A DNA stretch of 32,000 nt, from positions 1,475,366-1,507,365 of the forward strand of contig JAXGYU010000001.1 of assembly GCA_040772085.1 (NCBI GenBank), written 5' to 3'. Position 1 is the first letter of the stretch. Every line of letters begins with the position of its first letter. The DNA comes from Anaerolineaceae bacterium (GTDB lineage: Bacteria > Chloroflexota > Anaerolineae > Anaerolineales > Anaerolineaceae). A program made the position numbers and the translations under genes. The notes under the pieces were generated by a model, which had not been told where the DNA came from, did no database searches, and was given only the letters and a program-made list of their open reading frames with translations. Of the stretch, positions 1 through 7,355 are shown in pieces.

Positions 1-1719
1 CATCGGATGGCCAGTCACAGGGATCAGGAAACCCCGATCTGGTATTTCCGGTGTCGGTGTGGGCGTAGGCTGCTCTTCCGGGGTATATGGCACGCAACTT
101 TCAAGATTATAGCCAGCCACGCTCGCCAGCAAACCAGACGCGATATCAATTGCCAGGTTACCGCTTTTTTCGGCGGTTACTGTAACATTCGTGACGGGAT
201 AATAAGTATTGGATGGGCTCGGGTCTTCATTAATAACATATTCATAACGGTAATGGCCTTTGGGCAGATCGTCCATCGTAATCGTGACCGTCTGGCTGGC
301 AGCGTCAAAACTTACCGGCGGATTGACCTCCCTTTCAGCGCCGTCCACAACGTGATAAACCTTAAATTCAGGTTCAACGAAGGTCGCATAGGACGCCAGC
401 TTGAATGTCACCGTGCCGTCGATATTGGTTACAAGCCGCAGCCCTTCCAGCAAGTTTGTCTGAAATTCCGCGAAGTCCGCTCCTTCATTATGGCTGATGA
501 AATAATTATCCTGCGACGCCATCTCTTTCATCGCAGTCTGCACGACTGGCTGCACATAAGGTCTGTAGGTTATTCCATTCAAATTGCCAGCAATGAAACG
601 CTTGATATCTTCCCAGTAAGCGGAAACAAAGGTCGCGTCTGAAAGTTGCCCGCCCATTTGTTCCGGCACGCCGCCAGTGGCTTTCATCTCGGCAGCTTTA
701 GCGACAACAGACCCCATCATACGAACGTAATCTTCCCACGGATCATAGGTGTATGCTGAAAAATCAACAACAGGTCCATCAGGACCAGACACCAACTCGT
801 ACATGAAAAAAGGTAGCAATGAAGTTGGCTCAGCAGGGTTTTTAATGTACCAGGTTTTACCATTTTCGTCGGTGAAGGTTCGATAAGGCACCTGAATACC
901 GTCGGCGTTTGTGTAGGTGTAAGTGCTTACCGTCGTATTCTCATCGTTCCAGTACCGTTCAAAGTAAGTTCGCGCTTTATCTTCATACACCCAGGTATAA
1001 CCACGATCAAGATGCGCGGTATTATCGGTGGGGATGGGCTCAGTGCCAGGTGGGAAGTTGGACATCTTGCCCGAATTTGCAACACCATCCGTAATCAGGA
1101 AGTAGATCGTATCGCGGTGTGTTTCGATATTATCTTCCAGGTAGTACGCCGAGTCATAAGGGTTTGTCGAGCCAAGCGACTCAGTATAGATTTTTTCCGC
1201 CAGCGCCAGTCCATCAATGGTGGGGGTGGCGCCTAATGGCGAGATCGCGTCAACAGCCGCATTCAGCACCGCAAGGTCTGTCGTCAGCGGTGTGTTAGTC
1301 AGTTTATAGCCAAACCAGTCGTAGTATTGATATTCGATATCACCATTTTCACGGGTGATACCAAACCCGGTAGACCCCTGGTAGGTGACCAGCATGGCCC
1401 GGTCTTTCGGATATCCATTAGCAGTCAGACCGAGGTCCAGCGATCCAAACATTTGTTTCAGGGTTTCTTTCACCTGTGGCATGGTCTGGGTAAAGGATCC
1501 GCTGGCATCCTGGATGATGACAACATCATAATAGTTCTGGTTCAAAGGCCAGACCAGATCGGAATTGCCCGCAAGGACGCGTTTGCAGTTTTCTTCATCA
1601 ACGGATGTCACCGCCATTGTGCTGGTAAATGGCACAGACGCCGCCAACGCGAAGGCAGTGTGACCAAGCAGCAGGCAGAATACCAAAAGGAAATAAAGGG
1701 GTGTTAGTCTTTTCTGCAT
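1..1719 (-). CDS. Secreted von Willebrand factor A (VWA)-like domain protein; C-terminus cut by the window edge
   Basis: Absent from the ORF track because it runs off the window. Manual reverse translation from ATG 1719-1717 (GGAG 7 nt upstream) stays open to base 1. It starts MQKRLTPLYFLLVFCLLLGHTAFALAAS (signal peptide), then YDVVIIQDASGSFTQTM (DxSxS MIDAS-type motif). The visible end is EEQPTPTPTPEIPDRGFLIPVTGHPM. Confidence 0.8.
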   Translation of the reverse strand, partial: MQKRLTPLYFLLVFCLLLGHTAFALAASVPFTSTMAVTSVDEENCKRVLAGNSDLVWPLNQNYYDVVIIQDASGSFTQTMPQVKETLKQMFGSLDLGLTANGYPKDRAMLVTYQGSTGFGITRENGDIEYQYYDWFGYKLTNTPLTTDLAVLNAAVDAISPLGATPTIDGLALAEKIYTESLGSTNPYDSAYYLEDNIETHRDTIYFLITDGVANSGKMSNFPPGTEPIPTDNTAHLDRGYTWVYEDKARTYFERYWNDENTTVSTYTYTNADGIQVPYRTFTDENGKTWYIKNPAEPTSLLPFFMYELVSGPDGPVVDFSAYTYDPWEDYVRMMGSVVAKAAEMKATGGVPEQMGGQLSDATFVSAYWEDIKRFIAGNLNGITYRPYVQPVVQTAMKEMASQDNYFISHNEGADFAEFQTNLLEGLRLVTNIDGTVTFKLASYATFVEPEFKVYHVVDGAEREVNPPVSFDAASQTVTITMDDLPKGHYRYEYVINEDPSPSNTYYPVTNVTVTAEKSGNLAIDIASGLLASVAGYNLESCVPYTPEEQPTPTPTPEIPDRGFLIPVTGHPM

Positions 1720-1920
1720 TGTGTTTCTCCGATGTAAAGCAGGCTAAGGCCCCGGAACTGTTCAATTAATCAGATGATTAAATCATTGTACCATGTTTAA
1801 AAATAATAATTATTGATACTTTTTTTTCTGAACAATGGAGCGCTGTTCGCTGCAGGTGAATGAATGCTGACGACCCCGGCGTGAGCTTCGCTCGAGCCAG
1901 CGGTTCGTATGAAGCTCCAT

Positions 1921-1950
1921 TTGACATTGGCATACGCATTTTGCTAAACT
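1921..1950 (+). promoter_or_regulatory. Candidate sigma70-type promoter for the BNR-repeat gene
   Basis: TTGACA (1921-1926), 18-nt spacer, TAAACT (1945-1950), about 40 nt upstream of the SD GAAAGGAG and ATG 1993. Confidence 0.3.
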
Positions 1951-1992
1951 TTTTTCAATATCGGTTTTTATCAGTATTGAAAGGAGCGCAGG

Positions 1993-2985
1993 ATGAAAAC
2001 GTTTATCGCCACCACCGGCAATGGCATCGTCCGTGCCGAGCCGGCTGGCATTTCAGGCTGGCAAGTTGAGCGACTGCTTGAAGGAAATCATATCGCTTGT
2101 CTCACCGTCGATCCGCACGAACCTGGTGTCGTTTATGCCGGCACCGAGAAATCCGGTTTGCTGTGCTCGAACGACCGCGGCAAGACCTGGCAGTCTGCCG
2201 GGCTGTCTGACCGGAACGTCAAGGCGGTTCGGGTTAGCCCGGTCGTCCCCGGCATCATTTATGCCGGCACCAAGCCGGCCATGATGTTCGTCTCGCGCGA
2301 TCATGGGCGGCATTGGCAGGAGCTCTCCTCCTTCCGTAACATCCCCTCCCGCCGCTTCTGGTTTTCACCGGCAGAGAAGCCGCACAATGCGTACATTCAG
2401 GATATCGCCCTTTCGCCGACCGATGAGAATGTGATTCTGGCCGGCATTGAGGCGGGCGCGGTTGTCCGCAGCAGCGACGGCGGTCAGACGTGGGACGACC
2501 ATCGCAAAGGCGCTTTGCGTGACTGTCACAGCATCACTTTTCACCACTCGCAGGGCAACTGGGCGTATGAAGGCGGCGGGACTGGCGCCGGCAACGCCAT
2601 CAGCCAGGATGGCGGCGTGACCTGGAAACAGACAAGGGCGGAGAAAGGGCGCACCTATGGCTGGGCTTGCGCCGCCGATCCGCTGCAACCGCAGATCAGC
2701 TACTTCTCGGTCTCGCCTTCACCCTGGAAGGCTCACGGCAGCGGTGACGCGCAGGCTTATATCTTCAGGACGGATGCCGATGGGAACTGGGTGAAATTAG
2801 GCGGAGGGTTGCCGCAGCCGCTGAATTACATGCCCTACGCGCTGCTGACTGACCCTGAGGCGCCCGGTCACCTGTATGCCGGCCTGGGCAATGGCGATAT
2901 CTGGCACTCAGTCGATCACGGCGATAACTGGCAGAAACTGCCTCTTACCCTGGGCACGGTCAACATGGTGATGATCATGCTCTGA
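1993..2985 (+). CDS. BNR/Asp-box repeat beta-propeller protein (sialidase-like / Ycf48-like fold class)
   Basis: Five SxDxGxxW Asp-boxes: SNDRGKTW, SRDHGRHW, SSDGGQTW, SQDGGVTW, SVDHGDNW. SD AAGGAG upstream. No obvious signal peptide. Confidence 0.85.
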   Translation: MKTFIATTGNGIVRAEPAGISGWQVERLLEGNHIACLTVDPHEPGVVYAGTEKSGLLCSNDRGKTWQSAGLSDRNVKAVRVSPVVPGIIYAGTKPAMMFVSRDHGRHWQELSSFRNIPSRRFWFSPAEKPHNAYIQDIALSPTDENVILAGIEAGAVVRSSDGGQTWDDHRKGALRDCHSITFHHSQGNWAYEGGGTGAGNAISQDGGVTWKQTRAEKGRTYGWACAADPLQPQISYFSVSPSPWKAHGSGDAQAYIFRTDADGNWVKLGGGLPQPLNYMPYALLTDPEAPGHLYAGLGNGDIWHSVDHGDNWQKLPLTLGTVNMVMIML

Positions 2986-2999
2986 TGCGCTGGGGCCGG

Positions 3000-3323
3000 T
3001 CAGCCAATAAACCGGTCGAGTGACTTATTGAAATCCTTGAAGGCGCTCTCATAATCGCCTTCTTCGACAGCACGCACTAGGCAGCTTTGCATATGGTCTT
3101 CAAGCACCAGTCTGCCAACACTATTCAATGCTGCCCTGACCGCCGCGATCTGTACCAGCACGTCCGGACAAGGGGTATCCTCTTCCACCATGCGCTTGAC
3201 CGCGCGCACATGACCTTCGATGCGTGCCAGTCGTTTGATGACGCGCTCACGCTGCTGGTGGGGATGTGAGTGCTCTGCCTCTGGTCCATTTTCCTTGGGG
3301 GTAACAACTGCTTTCTTGTTGAT
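3000..3323 (-). CDS. csoR: CsoR/RcnR-family (DUF156) metal-sensing transcriptional repressor
   Basis: Contains RLARIEGHVRAVKRMVEEDTPCPDVLVQIAAVRAAL...EDHMQSC, the family helix alpha1 plus a C...H-x3-C ligand pattern. The 3-prime end is secure. The canonical-start ORF begins only at GTG 3209, but family-like sequence continues upstream, so I extend to ATC 3323 (see finding). Confidence 0.8.
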   Translation of the reverse strand: MNKKAVVTPKENGPEAEHSHPHQQRERVIKRLARIEGHVRAVKRMVEEDTPCPDVLVQIAAVRAALNSVGRLVLEDHMQSCLVRAVEEGDYESAFKDFNKSLDRFIG

Positions 3324-3324
3324 G

Positions 3325-5268
3325 TCAGACTCCTTTCGCCTTTTCCGGGTCGTACTGGATGATACGGGCTGAATTTGCCAGCGCGGGCAATGCCGAAACT
3401 TCGTGCATTACAGCGCCGACCACAGGCCCAATCACACCGAATCCGCCCAGAAACACCGAGAGCACATTCCAAGACATGGAGAAGAAGACATTCTGTTTGA
3501 TCGCCCGCAACGCCTGCTGTGATATCTTGATTACCTGCGGAATGCGCCGGATCTCATCCTGCATCAGACCAATGTCGGCGGTTTCGAGCGCTACGTCAGC
3601 GCCTGCCAAACCCATGGCGATACCAACATCCGCCGCTGCAAGCGCTGGCGCGTCATTGACGCCATCTCCAACAAACGCGACCTTCTTTCCGGTTGATTGT
3701 AATTCATTAAGAATACGCAGTTTATCCTGCGGCAGCACTTCGGCATACACTTTGGTGATGCCAAGCTCACGCCCGACCTGGTCCGCGACGCGGGTATTGT
3801 CGCCGGTGATCATCACCACTTCAGCGACGCCGAGCGCCAGCAGCCGCGAAATGACCTCTTTCGCATCCGGACGCGGCGTGTCTGCCATGGCGATCATCCC
3901 AGCCAGCGCCCCATTCACGCTGATGGGGATGACTGTCTGACCCAACGACTCGAGAGTTTGCATGATAGATTCCGATCTTTCCGACCACGTAACATCTTTG
4001 GTCCGCAGCAAGTTTCTGCTGCCAACGATGACCGTCTTGCCCTCTACTTTGGCTGTCACACCATAACCCGGCAAAGGCTGAAAGTCGGTCGGTTCACCAA
4101 GCGGCAGGCCTTTTTTACTGGCAGCAGTGACGATTGAGCGTCCTATGGGATGCTCGCTATAACGCTCAACTGCCGAGGCCAATGACAACAGCTCGTCTTC
4201 ATTCATCATGCTGAAAGTCACCACTTTTTGTACAACCGGTTTTCCTGTGGTCAGCGTGCCGGTCTTGTCGAAAGCGATTACGTCGACTTTGCCTACCTGC
4301 TCGATCACCCCGCCGGATTTGACAAGGATGCCGCGTCTGGCGGCATTGCCAATCGCCGCGACCACCGCGGTAGGGGTTGCCAGCACCAGCGAGCACGGAC
4401 AGACCACCACCAGCACCGTCACCGAGCGCATGATATCACCGGTGAGCAGGTACACCAGCACGGCGATGGACATGGTGACCGGGACAAGGATTTTGGCGTA
4501 CTTGTTCGCGACACGCTGTACAGGCGCCTGGTGTGACTGGGCATCCTTGACCAGCCTGACAATCTGACCCAGCGTCGTTTGTTCACCCAGCCGGGTAACG
4601 CGGATCTCGAGATAGCCAGCTTCGTTCATCGTACCAGCGTATACCTCGCTGCCCTCTTCCTTCTCAACCGGCATGGATTCACCTGTGATGGCAGACTGGT
4701 TGAGGGATGCGCTGCCTTTCAGCACAATCCCATCAACACCGAGCCGCTCACCTGTTTTCGCCAGGACAATATCATCCAGCATTACCTCAGCCAAAGTCAA
4801 GAGCTGCTCCTGTCCATCCCGTTTGACCCTGACCTGAGCCGGCACCAGTTTCGACAGATCCTGCAACGCCCGGTCAGCCCTGGCCACGGTGAAATTCTCG
4901 AGCCACTCGCCAATAGCCATCATGAAAACCACCAGCGCCGCCGCGGCATATTCACCAACGATGATGGCAGCAATCACAGCGATGGTCGCCATAACCCCGG
5001 CCGTGATATCACCGCGCAGGAACAAGCCCTTGGCGGCGAATAGAAACAAGGGGAAACCACCGACCAGCGCTGCAGCAAGATAGATCCACCTGGCGCTTTC
5101 CCGCCAGCCCAGCAACCAGACCACCACGCCGATGACAAGCAGCAATACATTGGCAAACGTCAGTAAGGTGTCACGCGAGAGCAGAAAACTACGGTAATGG
5201 GAGAAAAAATTGGTACGGTTTACCCGGCAGTCTTCGCAATCAAGTGCAGAGGCGGCTTGTATATCCAT
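3325..5268 (-). CDS. Heavy-metal translocating P1B-type ATPase
   Basis: Motifs VVVCPCSLVLATP (CPC), DKTGTLT (phosphorylation site), GDGVNDAPAL and TGES (AITGESMP). The track ORF starts at TTG 5286. ATG 5268 (MDIQAAS) is preceded by AAAGGA at suitable spacing and is preferred. Confidence 0.95.
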   Translation of the reverse strand: MDIQAASALDCEDCRVNRTNFFSHYRSFLLSRDTLLTFANVLLLVIGVVVWLLGWRESARWIYLAAALVGGFPLFLFAAKGLFLRGDITAGVMATIAVIAAIIVGEYAAAALVVFMMAIGEWLENFTVARADRALQDLSKLVPAQVRVKRDGQEQLLTLAEVMLDDIVLAKTGERLGVDGIVLKGSASLNQSAITGESMPVEKEEGSEVYAGTMNEAGYLEIRVTRLGEQTTLGQIVRLVKDAQSHQAPVQRVANKYAKILVPVTMSIAVLVYLLTGDIMRSVTVLVVVCPCSLVLATPTAVVAAIGNAARRGILVKSGGVIEQVGKVDVIAFDKTGTLTTGKPVVQKVVTFSMMNEDELLSLASAVERYSEHPIGRSIVTAASKKGLPLGEPTDFQPLPGYGVTAKVEGKTVIVGSRNLLRTKDVTWSERSESIMQTLESLGQTVIPISVNGALAGMIAMADTPRPDAKEVISRLLALGVAEVVMITGDNTRVADQVGRELGITKVYAEVLPQDKLRILNELQSTGKKVAFVGDGVNDAPALAAADVGIAMGLAGADVALETADIGLMQDEIRRIPQVIKISQQALRAIKQNVFFSMSWNVLSVFLGGFGVIGPVVGAVMHEVSALPALANSARIIQYDPEKAKGV

Positions 5269-5291
5269 AGGAAGTGATCCTTTCAATTTAT

Positions 5292-5344
5292 TATCCCCCT
5301 AGGGGGGATAGGGGTTATTATATCACCCGCAGCCACAAGGACAA
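5292..5344 (-). promoter_or_regulatory. Promoter plus CsoR-type operator of the ATPase-csoR operon
   Basis: On the minus strand: TTGTCC (5344-5339), 16 nt, TGATATAAT extended -10 (hexamer 5322-5317). This is followed by the near-perfect palindrome TATCCCCCCTAGGGGGATA (5310-5292) over the predicted +1 region. Confidence 0.6.
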
Positions 5345-5454
5345 GGGAAATAGTTATCGTGCTTTCGATTCGATTGAGCTATGCTTAATGCCTGTACGGA
5401 TTTACAATTTTTGCATTCTATATTCTTAAATTGTCCGGCGGCATGGAGGGGAAG

Positions 5455-6630
5455 ATGACTGACCAAGCGAATTCAAGCAGCAAATATTGTCCATATTGCG
5501 GCGAGGAAGTGATCCCCGGTGCCGCGTTCTGTCCGCATTGCGGAAAGCCATTGGCATCCGAGCCCGCGCAAGCTGCCCCCGCGGCAGCCCAATCCGCCCC
5601 TGTTGAACCGGCAGCCATACCCGTCACGCCTGCCGCGCCGGTTTCGCCTGCTTCCGAAGTTGAAACCATTGCGCCGCCAAAAAAACGCAGCGCCTGTCTG
5701 ACCATTGTGGTGGTTCTGGTGCTCATCTCGCTCTGCCTCACCTGCCTGGGGATCGGCGGCTGGTTCATTTACAATCGCGACAGTTTCGCCGGTTTCTCAA
5801 TCGACCTGTCAGGAGCGACACCCACTGCCATCAGAGTACAGCCAACATTGCGCCCTCCCAATACGCCACAACCTCAGCCAACAGCAGCGGCAACACAGGC
5901 GCCCACAGTTGATATCCCCACCATGGAGCCGATGATGGCTACCATGGCTGCCAAAGCGAGCAGCCCGATCGCGTTCGACCAGAATGGGCTGGCCTTTACC
6001 TACTACCCCGAGATGGCCACTGGCGCCACCTTCATCCAGAAGGAAGAGGTGAATGATCCCAACCTGCCGCCCTGGGAGAGCGGCCCGAAAATGCGTGAGA
6101 TCACGCTCGAAGGATATGCTGACAGCATCCAGTACATCAAACCGGTGATTGAAGTGGCGGAAGTGGCCGACCTGCTGAAGATTAAACCTGGTATGCAGGA
6201 CATCTATAACCGGCTCAAGACCATGCTGGATTCGAACACCGCCGACGATGGCACGGTGCAGATGCCTTTTCTCAGTGAAACCAACGCCGGCCAGGCGCTG
6301 AGCAGCAATCACAAGCTGGTCAATTTCATGAACGGCAAGGGGCTGCGCTATATCACCTTCATGACGCAAGGTGTCGGCCCGATCAATAACGACTACCTGC
6401 TTTATATCTACCAGGGGCTGACGGCGGACGGCAAGTATTATGTCTCCGCGACCATGCCGATTTCTGCCAAGGCTCTGCCCGATCCCGCGACAGTGCCCGA
6501 CATGATGGACGATGTCGATGGCTATTACAAGCGCGTTAGCGATATGCTCGATCAGCAGCCAGCCAACGCCTTCACGCCTGACCTCGACTATCTGGATTTC
6601 TTCTTCATCTCATTCAATGTCAAGGAGTGA
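5455..6630 (+). CDS. Zinc-ribbon / Pro-Ala-rich linker / single-TM / extracytoplasmic-domain protein, function unknown
   Basis: CPYCGEEVIPGAAFCPHCG (CxxC-x10-CxxC), PA-rich spacer, TM segment CLTIVVVLVLISLCLTCLGIGGWFIY, then a roughly 280-aa C-terminal domain with no motif I recognise. ATG 5455 follows GGAGGGG; TTG 5431 and ATG 5443 are alternative starts. Confidence 0.75.
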   Translation: MTDQANSSSKYCPYCGEEVIPGAAFCPHCGKPLASEPAQAAPAAAQSAPVEPAAIPVTPAAPVSPASEVETIAPPKKRSACLTIVVVLVLISLCLTCLGIGGWFIYNRDSFAGFSIDLSGATPTAIRVQPTLRPPNTPQPQPTAAATQAPTVDIPTMEPMMATMAAKASSPIAFDQNGLAFTYYPEMATGATFIQKEEVNDPNLPPWESGPKMREITLEGYADSIQYIKPVIEVAEVADLLKIKPGMQDIYNRLKTMLDSNTADDGTVQMPFLSETNAGQALSSNHKLVNFMNGKGLRYITFMTQGVGPINNDYLLYIYQGLTADGKYYVSATMPISAKALPDPATVPDMMDDVDGYYKRVSDMLDQQPANAFTPDLDYLDFFFISFNVKE

Positions 6631-6671
6631 CCCGCCGGCCGTTTCGAGCTGAGCAGTGTGCATGGATTGAC

Positions 6672-6718
6672 AATAATGGACGGTTCATCGTTAAGATGCA
6701 TCGCCCATTATTTTTTTT
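6672..6718 (+). terminator. Weak candidate intrinsic terminator
   Basis: AATAATGG (6672-6679) pairs with CCATTATT (6705-6712) and runs into T8 (6711-6718). The stem is AT-rich and the loop is long (about 25 nt). Confidence 0.35.
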
Positions 6719-6869
6719 CAATGGAAGCAAGAAACCCTATCTATCTGGGGAGTTCATCGATCAACTGATTGCACTTTTTCGCTTTTTTGACCTATAAGAG
6801 TCATAATATCCCTATAGCACGACATTATTCGTAGTCTTAATTAACGGTAGACCTCGGAAGGAGGATGCA

Positions 6870-7349
6870 ATGGAACATCATGATATGAAATCCGACCACA
6901 AGGGTCATGACATGTATCGCCGGCTGGCAATCATGTCTTTTTTGTCTTTCATCGCCATGTATCTGGTTATGTTTTCGATGATTGATACGTTGGGCAGCTT
7001 CTTCAATAACATCAACATGGTCTATATGGCAGGTCTGATGGTCGCGCCGATGCTGGTTCTGGAGTTGCTGCTGATGGGCGCGATGTATCCGGATAAACGG
7101 CGCAATGCCTTGATCATCGCCGGTACCGTCGTGATTGGGATCTTGTTGTTTGTATTTATCCGTCAGCAAACGCTGGTGGGCGACAAGCAGTTCGTCAGAT
7201 CGATGATCCCGCATCACTCGGGCGCCATTCTGATGTGCGAGCAGGCAGATTTGCAGGATGCGGAACTTCAAAGACTCTGCGATGAGATCATCGTCGCCCA
7301 GCAGCAGGAGATCGACCAGATGAAGGTGATTCTCAATAGGTTGGAGTAA
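6870..7349 (+). CDS. DUF305-family membrane protein with a His/Met-rich N-terminus
   Basis: MIPHHSGAILMCEQA and IIVAQQQEIDQMKVIL match the paired DUF305 signature (HH...A..M / Q..EI..M). N-terminus is MEHHDMKSDHKGHDM. Three hydrophobic segments. SD GGAAGGAGG. Confidence 0.8.
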   Translation: MEHHDMKSDHKGHDMYRRLAIMSFLSFIAMYLVMFSMIDTLGSFFNNINMVYMAGLMVAPMLVLELLLMGAMYPDKRRNALIIAGTVVIGILLFVFIRQQTLVGDKQFVRSMIPHHSGAILMCEQADLQDAELQRLCDEIIVAQQQEIDQMKVILNRLE

Positions 7350-7355
7350 CGCCTC

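Noticed and set aside
7-1707. Plus-strand ORFs 7-642, 909-1094, 1012-1236 and 1327-1707
   Set aside because: They are Arg/Cys/Gly-rich with no motifs. They lie antisense to a continuous minus-strand frame that has a signal peptide, a VWA MIDAS motif and a proper SD.
3125-3472. 115-aa minus-strand ORF spanning the ATPase/csoR junction
   Set aside because: It is in a different frame from both the recognisable ATPase C-terminus and the CsoR-like sequence, and its composition is low-complexity Arg/Ser. It is an overlap artefact.
6720-6869. Second CsoR-type operator upstream of the DUF305 gene (ATATCCCTATAG)
   Set aside because: It shares only ATCCC with the 5292-5310 site and lacks the opposing G-tract, so it is not a palindrome.
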